DNA from: Phoronis australis
Taxonomy: Eukaryota; Animalia; Phoronida
DNA: 64,000 nt
Assembly (NCBI GenBank): GCA_002633005.1
Contig: NMRA01000205.1
Location: forward strand, 483,273-547,272
Reading direction: 5' to 3'
Part shown: positions 1 through 13,031 of the stretch, piece after piece
Layout: each line of letters starts with the position of its first letter
Numbering within the stretch: position 1 is the stretch's first letter
Notes under the pieces: generated by a model
What the model saw: the letters and a program-made list of their open reading frames with translations, nothing else
Databases searched by the model: none
Told to the model about the DNA's origin: nothing
Program-made: the position numbers and the translations under genes

Positions 1-1158
1 CTAAAAACAGTGGACAAAATGTACAATGCGCAATTTTTTTCACATTGATAATTAACTTCAGGATCTTTTAAAAATATAAAATTTTGAAAATTGCTTCCAC
101 ACAAATGCAGAAAACTGAATTTTCTGATTTAAGGATAACTCAAACCATATTCACAAAAATTGGCCATTTTTACAATATTTTACATGTCTGTCAAAATAAC
201 TTATCTACATTCTCGGGAGAACTCAAAATACGAAATATATACCACGTAGGAAGAAAAAAAGATTTAGCAGAACCATCTTGAAACGGCACAACTGCTTTAA
301 ATTTGTTTACTACATATCCGACGTTAAACGTTACTTAGGGCTGTCACTCAAATTGAATCTCCCGCCAGGCACAGAGCAGCTCTGTATGTACTCTAAGTCC
401 TTTCATTTACTGAGTCGCCATAATATTGCATCAAGGACGTGTACATATGATAGAAAGATGCCATGGAAAATGAAGGCAAAACATAGCTTTCATCCTAAGG
501 GGGTTGTATCTCTGCATGCATACCACCATTGAGAACGAATGCTGTGAATTGCGTCACGCCCCTGTGACTTAATGTTCACAAACACAGAAGTTGTGAAACG
601 AGATAAATCTTTACACAATTCCTTAATTTGGGTAATTTTATATTTCGCTGTTTCAAGCTCAACCACAGACCCCATTTCTTTATTAATTTCTTACTTGGGT
701 TTCATATAGTCTCCAAGCAAGTGGTGTGTCTAAAAATGAGCTACTGACTTACTTTAAAGAGGACCATAGAGCACTAGCTTGACCCATGACCTATATGGAC
801 TCGCTAGATGGTGCAAAATACATTGAATCTATCCAAAAACCGGAACATGTCATCGTTCCTTATTAGACAGCTATTACCAAATTTCATAGAAATCTGTCAA
901 GGAACTTCAGAGAAACAGAAGAAAATAGAGAAAATAAAATGGTCACTAGGGGTCACAGTGTTCGTCAGGTCCGTCTGAAAGTCGTCGTCGTCGTCCGTAA
1001 AGTCAACTTCATATAAAAACACTTGGTAAATTTAATAAAGTTCCTGCAGTGGATTTAGGAGATACAGCTATGGGTGCAAAAAAAAACAAAACTGACACCA
1101 GGAGCATTCATTGCTATCATTTTGATGTCACAAATCTACTATCAACAATAAGACTTAC

Positions 1159-1205
1159 CCGAATACTCAGGGTGTCGAAACGGAACATAGCTTTGCCTTT
1201 GACTT
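1159..1205 (-). CDS. UBXN11: 47-nt internal coding exon of a UBXN11-like gene (reads (G)SQRQSYVPFRHPEYS); gene continues beyond the left edge
   Basis: Minus strand: tttctttttAG acceptor (AG at 1207-1206), 47 nt, then CGG|GTAAGT donor (1158-1153). Open in the frame supplied by the phase-2 end of the 5489-5579 exon. The alternative MKTVAS... frame hits TGA here. Confidence 0.6.
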
Positions 1206-1338
1206 CTAAAAAGAAATACTAACAATAGAAAGGAAATCTATTAAGACACCAGAATTCAGAAACTGGGTCTAAAACATTACACACAAAAGTCTAATGTCAG
1301 TTTTATGCTTCAAGTGCACCTATGCTATACACAACCGT

Positions 1339-4300
1339 TAGGCCTTCATGTGTGATCAAAAAGAACCCTAGAAAACAACTTCCGTAGAACAAATTCGCAA
1401 AATACATTTTGAATCCACTTTTTGAGTACCCAAAACATTGCCACACACTGTGACAAAAGTTCTCCATGTGACCGTTGTTCTTTTTTGAGTTACGGCATGT
1501 TGAATGTACCCCTTGAATTGCCAAAGAGTGAAACCTTGAACTTTTTTCCATTTGTGTATTAGATTTTAAGATAAAATAAAACATCGAGTGTGGGTTTGAA
1601 TGCATTTGTGTACAGAAAAGTTGATAATATACATCGTATCAAACCTAAAGATCAAAACATCTAACCACATGATGTAATGTAAATGCTCACATTTTCACAA
1701 AACTAAACAGATTATCTGCTTTTAGTTTTCCATGTCACCAACACATACATGTTTCAGATTACTTTTACAAACAGAATATATGTGTTGACAAATTCAAGGA
1801 ATTTAAAAAAGTTATCTTTTAAAGATTTGTCACAAGGAAGGTTTGAAAATTCACACCCAGCAAGAAATTGCCAAATATTACGTAACAGTTCCAAGAGGTT
1901 AATTAATTATGTGCATACAATGTATTCCAATACTTTTTTCTACTCTGTTGTGCGGCACAGCATCACTGTACAAATATCCATGTATAAAACAAAAGCCTCA
2001 CTATTGAATTATTTCCACAATATTTAAATTTAAATGTGGGTTTGAGTTAACACGCGCCTGTTCATATTTGGTTAGCTCAAAAGTTACATTTGAGTTCTCA
2101 CCAAAAGTTACTTAAGTTTAAGCATCAATTAAAACCATTGTTTGCCATAAAAACACAACTTGGTTACATGCTCAAAATACAAAACAAAGGCACTAGACAA
2201 TTTTTTGACCTTGAAACTGATTTTAAAAAGTGGTTTTCTGCCGATTTTCTTGAATTTTGTCGTATTATTCGCGTTTTCATAATGCTCAGAAAATTATTGT
2301 AATGAGGGTATGGTAACAACATAAGGGGTTTATATTTCTTTAAATAACATAGAATACTTTGTCCAAAGATTTAATTATCCACTTTCACCTAATTTTATAA
2401 ATTTCTAAATTAAATCAACATTTTGCCTTTTTTGAAAAAAAAACAGGTGTCACCCATTTCAGAATTGGATAGAAACATCAAAACTGGTTAATGTATTCTA
2501 GAAGTTCAAGGCATAATGTTAATCAAAATGACTATAAAAGTAGAAATATAGGTTTACAGGTTTTAATATCCAATATGAGAAAAAGCACTACCTGGTTTTT
2601 AATGAGTCAATATTACAAAAAATGGAGCATACTTAAAAAGCAAGCAATCAAAATGTCATTCTACTGCAATTCAACCAGAACATAGCTCAATCAAGCAGCC
2701 ATTAGACAGCTTTAAAGAAATTTATTGAATCTGCTATTTCATGGTTTCCCAAAATTGAACAAATTTCCTGAAAATTTTTACTGAAATTTCACCCAAATAT
2801 TTTTTGTAATTTAAAAAAAATGTCTGAGTACTGTTGGGTACCCGATTGAGTTCAGTTTTTGCTGACACTACTTTCATGAAAACACATGCTTCTCTGATAC
2901 ACGCAAGTTTTGAAACTTCATCAAAATCCCCATCATCATCACCATCATCTAAAACAATGTCAGTGGGACCACTATTATCGCAGTTATACAGCTACACAGA
3001 TCCAGCACGGCAGATTTGAGACAAAACAGGAGCACAGTTTTTCGCTGAGCATCCCCTTGTTCTACATGAGCATACCACCGACTTGATGACATTACTGGGT
3101 AGTGACTCTGCAGACATCCAAACAATGAATACTGCGTCACCATCAACTTTCCAACCATGGCCATCTGGTGAGGGAGCATCCATGAACGGAGTCAGAGACA
3201 AGGGGGGAACTCGCTTGATAGTTGCACGTTTTATCTGATTCATTATGAATCCTGTGTTAGTATTAAGTTTTGCTCAGATGAAGGCAAGCGCAAAAAATGT
3301 TGACTTTGTATCTCGCTTCGTAGACACTGTGGCAATTCTGACAATACAATTTGCAAACAAATATTTCCAGAGAAGGGAGGAGACTTTTGGACAGCTGGAA
3401 ATCAGCACCGCCAGCTCTTGGCCGAGCAGACATCTGATGACAAATTCTCAACTGTTTTCTCAACATCAATCCTTCTGCGGTTACGTACTTGTACTGAAGT
3501 ATAACTTGCATGGGAATTTGTCTGATACAGAGCTATCATTCTCACATTCCTATCCACGAACAGTGATGCTTATATGTGAATGACTTGCATGAATAACACG
3601 GAGATACATTCTGGAGTCAGCTTCTTCATGGTCAGAGGCCAGTTCGTCAACATTGTTGCATGCTGTAACACCATTATGGAATCCAACCAAGTAGAACTTT
3701 TCCTCATGAGTAAAGTAAATGTCGAGGTCTCATCTAACATTTGAAAGGTCAGCCTGTTGCCACATTTTACAAAAGAATATATAGTAAGGTTTTCCTTGTT
3801 CGTATTTGAAGATGAAAATTTCTTCATTGTAAAGGCAACCTTTGCCATGGGCTGTAGATTTTGATTTCTTGGACATCACTGTTTGACGTCCGGAGCTTTC
3901 TCTCTGTGCTCGTAATGCGGATTGGAAAATATCGATCGAAAACAAAATCCACGCATATTTATTCAAAGTAAACGCTGAATCATCAGGCTGTCATGTAATC
4001 GGCACTTCATGGTGGCAGTATCCAATGTTGCAGGGAGGGTGGGATATTATGTTCTACCATGAATTCAAAGCAAGAGAGTGCTCGCTTAGTGAGTCCAACT
4101 TGCAATCAGTTTTTTTAGGCAGAAAACTAGTCTATTTACTTGATTCATTGTCACCAAGCATCGACAATGTATCTTGAAATCACTTACGGGCAGCTACAAA
4201 GTTTTTTGGTATTGAATAATTTGTAAGAGAGAACTGACCACCCACAATAACTCCAGCCAATGCGCTCTCTTCGCATGTGTACTCAATCCACTCTGCAGCA

Positions 4301-5189
4301 CAGACATCTGTAACCATTCCCACCGCACAGGTGTTTTAAAATTCCACTGTTTTTTTGCCAGCTGTCGGTGAAAAATGCATAATTAAGGCACGCTGTCCAT
4401 TTCTGGTTATTGGACGCAGCACCATCCTCAGACGAAGTATCTACTGTATGGGTAGGTGACAGCCTCTATCAAGTTTATGATGTGGTGATCGAATATCCAG
4501 TAATGTTCCAACCAACGATGACAGATGGAGCCACAAAACAAGTAAGTACATCCCAGACACAATAATGCCAATGGCACAAAAGAATGAAGAGGTACACAGA
4601 GCACAATAAATGACAGATCCAAATCAGACATCATTGGGCATTACTCTTGGGCATTAACAATTGTAATCAAAGATTGATCACACAAGGAAAGGTACTTCAA
4701 ACTAAGTCAACACGTGACATAGCCATAGGTCAAACCATTTAGCAATGTCATGATAACCAGATCGAAGATTATGGAGTTAAAAACGCAAGAAAAAACAATA
4801 AAATGTCTTGTCTAAGAGTCACTATCACTTGCTTCCAATATTCTGATGCATCCCAGTATACACTATCTTCGTGCGGAAATTGTCTAACATAATCATCGTG
4901 GCTCGTTTTGGTGAGCAGACAAACAAATGCTGCTAATTCTTATTTCAGTAAACGAAAGAGTTCCAAAATCTGGCAGTAATTTGACCGTATTTTGCGCGCG
5001 CAAGAAAAAATTGAAAAAATATAATCCTAAGTTTAATCCGTAATTTTTGATAGAAAAACCAGGACTTCGATGGAGAACTTTTTGATTGTAAACTCAACCA
5101 GAGTTAGCAAAAACAATAACATTCACAAAATAAATACTTAAGTTTGTGAATTTGTTTAGCAAACTGCAACTTTAACACATGAAGGCCTA
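1339..5189 (-). mobile_element. Academ (AcademX-type) DNA transposon, internally deleted and non-autonomous, inside the UBXN11-like intron
   Basis: Perfect 15-bp TIRs TAGGCCTTCATGTGT (1339-1353) and ACACATGAAGGCCTA (5175-5189). TAG termini are typical of Academ. Sub-terminal AACAAATTCRCAAA occurs at both ends, and AcademX protein motifs lie inside. No clean TSD (CGT vs CAC). Confidence 0.8.
2950..4310 (-). pseudogene. Frameshifted AcademX transposase remnant (XPG/FEN-like nuclease and C-terminal Cys-rich finger)
   Basis: Collinear motifs across frames: DVCAAE (4308-4291, like DLxAAE..YH), VDFVFDRY...TER (~3952-3905), ELASDHEEADSRM (HEEADS 3630-3613), LEIFVCKLY...VYEARY (ORF 3263-3511), and PSPDGHGW...IVW...P..V...VCSCRTRGC (ORF 2992-3243). 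Family assigned from recalled motifs. Confidence 0.75.
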
Positions 5190-5193
5190 CACT

Positions 5194-5452
5194 GGGGTCT
5201 GTTTCATAAAAAGGGTCAACTCTTAGACTTAAGTCTTCCACAACTATTTCTGAAAAATAATTAAATCTCACTTGAGCAAAAGCGCAGTCTCAGAGAATGT
5301 AGTTACAGAAGTTAAAGTTACTGAGATGATTTTCATTATAGAATATTTGTAGACTTCAGGTGTGCTCATAATTACTTATAATAGCTGATTACAAAGTGGA
5401 GACACAAGACCAAATTTCAGTCCAAAGTCATTATTTTTACGAAACGGGCCCC
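5194..5452. mobile_element. PIF/Harbinger-like MITE (~260 bp)
   Basis: Imperfect TIRs GGGGTCTGTTTCATAAAA and TTTTACGAAACGGGCCCC. Flanks CTG/CTA resemble a 3-bp CWG TSD. Confidence 0.6.
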
Positions 5453-5488
5453 TAAATGCATCAAAATCAACTGATTCAATACACTTAC

Positions 5489-5538
5489 CCTGGAATGGGT
5501 TTCCTTGGTTTCTTCAGATTTGACAGCGGAGATGTCAT
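5489..5538 (-). CDS. UBXN11: Start-codon exon (whole exon 5489-5579) of a UBXN11-like gene, MTSPLSNLKKPRKPIP(G)
   Basis: Minus strand: ctttctttcgttgCAG acceptor (5582-5580), 91-nt exon, CAGG|GTAAGT donor. All three frames are closed at the exon 5' end, so translation starts inside it. The ATG at 5538 gives a peptide resembling the recalled vertebrate UBXN11 N-terminus MSSPLASLSKTRKVPLP. The match is short, so identity is moderate. Confidence 0.6.
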
Positions 5539-6310
5539 ACTTAATACTTGCTACTGTCTTCATCCACTCAAATTATAATCTGCAACGAAAGAAAGTCATG
5601 CACTCTGAAATGAACAAGTGTTGACAGTCACCATTATAAAGCTATGTCTGGATTACAAAAATACACCTGTCAACTCTGTTGTTTCTATTGATTATTTCTT
5701 GTTGAAGATCACAAGTGTCGCCCAAACTATGACCCTAGTATGCTTTCTAACCAAGTAAACTTCAAGTCCACGGTAATTTCACAACCCTCGTAAGAAAAAA
5801 TGTTGAACTCCGAAGAGTATTTAAAACCTTGACTTAAGTAGCCAGACTGTGGCTGAGTGTGTGGCAACTAACACTCAACTATTCCCTATCAGTCAAATCT
5901 CAACAAATTTTCTGACAGCGCCATTCATTAAAAAATCAATACCAAAAACGCCAACATTTGTCAAAGTTTACATACGCAGGTGTAGAATAAAGTGGCAACC
6001 AATGATCACACATGTCTGTTTCCTACTTAAGTGTAGGCTTGGGAACCAGTGAGGTTTTTCTAGAGACTGGCACACATGGTACAGTTTTCCATCACCGACA
6101 ATGTCTCCAATAAAAATTGTTTTATGCGACTGGTTCACAACAGCTCAACAAAATCTTAAGTTGTCAGGGAGTATCAAAAAAGGTTTCATCAAAAGATGTA
6201 CACCTTGTCCCACTTTGTTGTATCCATGGTTCGCGCTCGATGTTGATAACCATACTCTTTAACCATCAGAGCTAAAAATCAGGGGAAGGGTTCTGTCTCA
6301 AGCTTGAGTG

Positions 6311-6432
6311 CCTAATTAAAGAGACATCATCGGCATGAAAAGCGATTTTCTGAGATCAGTCTCAGCAGCCCAGAACTGAACCTGCAACTCTCACAGTGGC
6401 TGTTTAATGCTTTGCTGCTGGAACTCACTCGA
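6311..6432 (-). mobile_element. Degenerate tRNA-derived SINE fragment (same family as 42411-42535)
   Basis: Reverse complement shares GAGCATTA..., a B-box-like GGTTCAGTTCT and GATCTCAGAAAATCRCTTTTC...GAT(G/A)ATGTC with the copy at 42.4 kb. Confidence 0.5.
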
Positions 6433-8699
6433 TGAGTAACAGTCAGTACTTCAGAGAGTATTCAATTGGTAAAGTTATTGGGCCTGATTTCAATAAATGT
6501 CTGGCAAAGAATACTACAGATTTGGTAATTTGTAATAAAACCATAAAGACAGTGGATTGTGTTGTTTTATAGGTCTTGTCAAAGCTAGAGTAACTTTAAG
6601 AAGTCTAATTCTATCTAACAATAATCCTGAACATGCATTTCTCAGACACAGACGCTTTTCTGAGAAGTCGGGGGTGTGAATGTCCCCAAGCAGTCGATCA
6701 GGTTGGGAACTTCAAGTATAAGAATCATTAATAAAACATAGACAACGTGTTAATTAAATGGGCTGGAATGGGGCGATTGTGCATAGTAGTTCATTAGTGT
6801 CACACAGCTTTTAACGCATCATATCGTAAATTTTCCGATGCATACATTATGTGGGTAATGAGGTGGCCACATGCCGCTATGTGATTTGTTTTGACCACTT
6901 TTGCACATGATTATGAAAATATTAGAATAGGCATGATTAAATCAGTCAAAAAAACTTATCTCTTCCATTAAAGAGCAGCAGAGTGTGGGTATCATCGGAA
7001 TAAAAACATAAGTTCTGCCAAAATTGATAAATTGTTACTCCTACCAAGTTGCGTACTTCTTGGGAGCTAAAATTCCAATGGGAGGGATGGAATGGGGAAG
7101 AACCAAGAACAGAAAAGATTATGGATGTAGAGAGGCAAACAGAGAGACAGATGCATGGATGGCTAGACTGAGGAAGGAAAGATATAACCGGACATTAGAA
7201 ATTATATGGTTTCATGACACCTTGCATTTTGTCAAAAGATTTCTACTACTAAGCCACTCTCCTCAAGAAGAGTGTTAGTGCTTGTGGAGAACACTGATCT
7301 CTTGTGTATGGAGCAGACGAAAATACCCATTAGCAATGACTTAATTTACTGCAATAAAACACAACTAAAACTGGTGATTTTTCAAACTATTCGGCTTCTT
7401 AAATCAAATTCGTTGCGATATGTTACCTAACATATATTTTCTACGCCAAGAAATGTCATAAAATTTATCCAGATCCGTTCGCTTTCAGCTCTCTGGTACC
7501 TGTTACAGTTAACTCTAATTGAACCATAGTAGGTAATATTGACCTGGGAGTCTTGATGCTAGACAAAAGACTGCCAGAATGCTTAACAATAGTCTAGATT
7601 GATATCAGCATTCAGCCTCAGTTTGGAATCACTGTTTTCTGGAGTTGAAACCAAACTGACTCATTGCAGTCGCGGCGGATAGGCAACCCAGGAAGGAGGA
7701 ATAAGAGATCAAGGGAAGGAGGGAAGTAGGTTGCGGGGATGGAAGGAGGATACAGGAAATATAGCCATGTTTAGCAGAACATATGCTGAGTGCAGGGCAC
7801 CCAACGCATCTGGGAATTCCACCAAAATCAGTACTTCCTGCCTGGTTGTTGCTGATAAGAACATCTGGACTCAGACAGTACCAGCATTATTCACTTCAGT
7901 AATGCAATGTTGTGTACATCACAACCTGCTAAATATATATACAGTCAGTAAACCTTTGATGGTGTGAAAACACCATGTGTTTTCCAACTTATAATCAATC
8001 AAAAATTCAAATTCTAATAATAGACTACGAGGATAAGTTGTACCATGTTGTCAGATGTTGCTGATTCTTTGGTCAATAAATGATAGGGAGTTTTTTGTGA
8101 ATTTGTGAGTAATCGTTAGCCGGAGTAGTTAAAAAATGTTTCACAGGGTCTGACATTTGACTTTATGTTGCTTATTACAGCAGGGAAATTTGGCTTCAAG
8201 CATAAAGTAGAGAACTGCAGCAAGTCAGTGTTGAAAGATTTTTAGTGCTGGCCAAAATATGGGACGGTCCCGATTGCACGGATTCCACAGCGGCACTAAA
8301 GAATTTACAAAGCTGCAGTATTTGTCAAGCAGTCTCTCCAGCCTTTTGCACCCTGGAGTTTTTGACATTATCTGTTGGTGCCTCAGGTTTTTCAACTTTT
8401 TCTCATCACATTAACTACATTCGACCTTCCAATGCCAGCGAAGTTTTACTTGTAGTGTGGGCAGCAACTTCCACAAAAGAAAGTAGGGTAAACTTGAGAA
8501 GTATCTGTGGATGAGATATTTTCCAACATGATTCCTAGAACCAGCCTGACATTTTTAAAACACTAGGGCCAACATGTTTTCCTACTTCGAGGACAAAGGA
8601 GATTTATTAATCCACGGCTGTTCTATTCCATAACTTCAATGCAAGAATCTGAGATACCATGCATACCCTTAACTGATGACCAAATGCATTGCCAGGACG

Positions 8700-8935
8700 C
8701 AAATTGCTTTGTTGACACTTTATACTTGGTATACTATTGTGTTAATGTCCTGTCAGTATACAAATCACTTTGAGGGTATATAATGCTTTATACAGTCAGT
8801 ATGCAAATTGCTTAGTTGACAGCTCCAGTTATTTGGTTTTATACCAGTCGCTTTGTTGACAACTTATATTCTTTATATTTTACAGTAAATATACATAACT
8901 TAATCAGCGTACAAATTACTTTGTTCACAATTTAA
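8700..8935. repeat. Degenerate direct-repeat array with core CAAATTGCTTTGTTGACA
   Basis: About five diverged copies starting near 8700, 8761, 8804, 8845 and 8912, with irregular 40-65 bp spacing. Confidence 0.5.
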
Positions 8936-10984
8936 ATATTTGGAATGTAATGTATGTATTCAGGACGTCAAATGTTCCATATGTTTTTGGGATGCTGTGG
9001 TCTAAACTGACAATGCAATTCCATAACAGACAATATTAAATTAATGGACAATTGGCAAAAAAATTCAGAAAAAAACAAGAAAAGGACCAAAATTCAAAGC
9101 GAGATTTCAGACACTTTGCTGTACCTTGAAGGTGAAAGCCAAAGCTTACAAGACATGAGTTCACACATGTCTGTCTCCACAGAAATGCCAGATTATTCAT
9201 GGATTGCTCGTTAGAGATCATTAGGTAGACTGGGCAATCTCTCCAGTTCATTGGCACAGCAATAAACTATCACAAATGACAATACTTCATTAGCGTCTAA
9301 AAATAAATATCCCACTCCTATTTACCTAATACAATCACCATTCTCACAATACCAAGTACAATCGCCCAAGAAGGATGAGTGGGCTGCAACACATACATTT
9401 ATGTTTGACATATGTCCCTTTCAGTAAAAAAGACCAGAACCCCAAATCTTTTGGCTGTCAATATCCCTCCAATCACAAATTATTCTATTGTTTGATTTAA
9501 TGAACATTCGAGAGTTTTCGGAGAAGTATAAAATGGTGCATTGAAAACATAAAGTACCTGTCAGTGATTGATATAATCAAAATTATAGCAAAAACAAAAA
9601 TTTTCAACTACAAACATCATTTGTAACCTCTGAAACAAACTTTTCACGGTTTATAAACATAAATTAATAGGTCAATCTTGTGGTGTTTTTACAGAAATTG
9701 TCAGAATTCGACTGAAAATCTTTTCAAAATGAAGTCAGATAACATCTAGCACATAATCATGTAAGTGTTTGGGATGCAACACCTAGTGTGTCTAAAATAA
9801 ATCTCCTACCTGTTCACCAGCAAAGAGTTCTAACAGACCACCAAACAAATTTCCGTAACGCGTACTTAGTTCAGCGTCTAAAATCTAAGTAGTCATCAGC
9901 AAACCAATGATATGGGCGGAAGATTAAAATATACTTAAAATGGAATTAAAATGAAAACAAAAAAATCAATAACAAGATGAGAAGTCAGTTTAACCTTGGC
10001 AAGTGTCACAATAAAAGATAAATAAAGGGAACTTTGTACATTCGATATCCAAAAACAGATAAGCTTCGAAATGATAGTGATACAGAAATGGAGATTGTTG
10101 ACATTTTGCTGTTTTTTTAAACTTTGGGCTCCACGCTGTATGCATGTGTTGGGAAATAAGAACCCATCGGGACAATGCTACCTTTGGTCTGTTCATCAAG
10201 GCATTTCAGTTAAATTTTAGATCTTTTGAATTGTCTCTCATTTCAGTTTCTAGTGTTCACCTAAAAATTATGTTTAATTCAACCCAGGGGGGCTATCACA
10301 AGGGAGGCAGGTGATGACATGCCAAAAAACTGGGGTAGGCATTCTCTTTTAAGGGACGTTATCGGTTCACAGCCGCAAATATGCATTTTTGAAGTATTAT
10401 TCGATTGGATACAATTCTTGAAAGTTGTTAGCTACAAAAAAAATTAATCCATCATTAGGAGGATTTTATTACAAATCACTAGTTCTCGCTATTGCCTGCC
10501 AGACATTAGATGAAGCCAAGCCCGCAGGTGACTAGGCCAAAAAAGCATTACTTACACTTCTGGTCGCAGCTTTTTTTGAAAATCAAGTCGAAGGTGAGAT
10601 ACTTTGACCAGATATATAAAACAAAATCCGATCCTTTGTTTTTTGGGATTTTATTACCAATCACAAATTCTTGCCTTAGTCTATCTGACGTTTGTTGAAA
10701 TCAAGGTTGTTTTCTTTGCTACTGAATTACACTAAAAACAGTGCGCAACTTATCACATGGGATATAGCTTAACGGCAGACCGTTTGCCTGCTTTTACAAA
10801 GATGGCGGGTTCGATTACATGCTAATGCAATTTTCTGTCGAATTTCTTTTCTCACCAAGAATGTCACTGGTTCATTTAACACAAATCTGAAAAAAAAAAC
10901 ATATGATCTTTGCAAATGTTCAGAAAACAACCATCAAGCAGTCGGAGTACCCTAAAAATCATTCAGTAGTAGGACAGAATTTGT

Positions 10985-11185
10985 GATGAGCAAGTGACAA
11001 TTTATTTTGTCAAATTTATCAACAAAATAATCATAGGATTACTGTAGAAAATTTGGTTTATGCAGAGCCGCTGCTGCCCCATAAAACTTGGACGACTTTT
11101 TGTCATTTTGCAGGAATGTAGCATGGCTTTGAAAAAGGAAATTTTAGCAATTATTTATACATAAATTGAAGAATTTTTACAGTAC
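10985..11185. mobile_element. Diverged copy of the ~250-bp Tc1/mariner-type MITE
   Basis: Contains ATTTTGTCAAATTT and TTTGAAAAAGG..TTTTAGCAATTATTT, matching the family core, and ends in ...CAGTA. Confidence 0.45.
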
Positions 11186-12259
11186 CCTTTTTGGGTTATT
11201 TTTGCTTGATTTCTGTACAACTCAAACTCAACTGATGAACTCGCCCAGAAAGGATGTGGGTAGGACAAACTACACTAAAGCCAAGGCTGAGACAGAACCA
11301 CACAGTTCAGCAGTAAACATGGTTCAGAGTCTGGCATGTCGTGATTAAGCCATTGTTTGCAGCGTTTTATTAATTTTCCAAAGTCCATTAGAGGAACACG
11401 CAAGACCACATTCAGGAAACAAGTAGTATCAGAAGGTTTTAATGAAAGACATATAAACCACGTGCCAATAAGATTGCATGCAGGAACCTTACATTGCGGG
11501 CAAATTATTTTAAGTTCCAGATTCAGTTACAAAAAATATCATAAAAGGAATGCTTAAAAGCACACAAAATCAAATGGAACTCAGTTTTCTGAGATCTCTG
11601 CACTGACAAATTATGAATGCAAAAATAACTTGCCATCAGCTCATTATTACCAAGCAAACGAATAAGCATGGGTCATTAGTTATGTAGTATGCGATATGAC
11701 AGTCAAGATCAGAGTGAACATAGTTATTCTGACCACTGGAATATTACAGTTGTTTTCATGGTCAGATACAATACAGCATTTAGACAACAAAAGTGACATG
11801 AAGCAACCATGACACGGACACAATACCACTCTATTCAACTACAGAGTCAAGGCAGAAGAACTTGTTTAGAAATAATTTTACATCCATTTCTGACATGAGT
11901 CTGTGTTCAGATCACTGAGCTCACACGGAACAAAATGACCAGGTGCAGCTTTTGGCACCACCAGTAATGGGCGGCAAATCAACACATTCTGTAGATTTGT
12001 GTAGGCGCCAAAAAAAGAATCTACCGTATTTGAAGAGAATTTTAAACTCCTAAAGTGAACCTTCTTTTGCAGTGAGTTATCATGGAAAGACAACATTTCA
12101 TAGGAATTACGTCAGAAGCAGCATCATTTCACAGAAGACGAATCGCGAAAGTTCCCCTTCTGAGTACCATGTCCCACATTCACCTTCTATGGGATTATAA
12201 CCCCCCCCCCCCNTACCAGCACTCTTCCGGTCATAGAACAAACTACCTTAGGTCGGCAG

Positions 12260-13031
12260 CATTTTGCTAAGGAGCCACACAAATGTCAGAACTCAAGGTC
12301 ACCTCAGCAGGGCGAAGTAAATTAACCAGGTGATTCTATATTTGTTCCCTCCATTACGCGCAATACCGAACACCTTTCAGGAGAGAGATTCAACGGTTTT
12401 AGAATAATGGAAGAAACAAAATATTGTAACGTGGGCCATATTAAGAACTAACTGTACAATGCCGAAGTATTCTTGCTTAATTCAACATTGGGGACAAATA
12501 TTGTGGAGTAGCCCAGACTGAGCTCAAACTACAGTGATAGACTGAAGTGACTATTGATTTACTGCCATACTGATTGTAAGATTTGTACTCAGTAATATGT
12601 GATTGGAGTTCCAAACACTTAATAACAGATTGAGCATATGCTACTNCATTTTGCTAAGGAGCCACACAAATGTCAGAACTCAAGGTCACCTCAGCAGGGC
12701 GAAGTAAATTAACCAGGTGATTCTATTTTGTTCCCTCCATTACGCGCAATACCGAACACCTTTCAGGAGAGAGATTCAACGGTTTTAGAATAATGGAAGA
12801 AACAAAATATTGTAACATGGGCCATATTAAGAACTAACTGCACAATGCCGAAGTATTCTTGCTTAATTCAACATTGGGGACAAATATTGTGGAGTAGCCC
12901 AGACTGAGCTCAAACTACAGTGATAGACTGAAGTGACTATTGATTTACTGCCATACTGATTGTAAGATTTGTACTCAGTAATATGTGATTGGAGTTCCAA
13001 ACACTTAATAACAGATTGAGCATATGCTACT
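12260..13031. repeat. 386/385-bp tandem duplication separated by a single N (probable unmerged haplotype overlap)
   Basis: 12260-12645 and 12647-13031 are identical except for two substitutions and one 1-nt indel that I could see. The N at 12646 is exactly at the junction. Confidence 0.9.

Noticed and set aside
5489-5563. MKTVASIKYDISAVKSEETKETHSR as the main reading frame
   Set aside because: Runs into TGA in the next exon (1159-1205), whereas the MTSPL frame stays open and resembles UBXN11.
8700-8935. CRISPR array
   Set aside because: Repeats are too degenerate and irregularly spaced, the context is an animal intron, and there are no cas genes.
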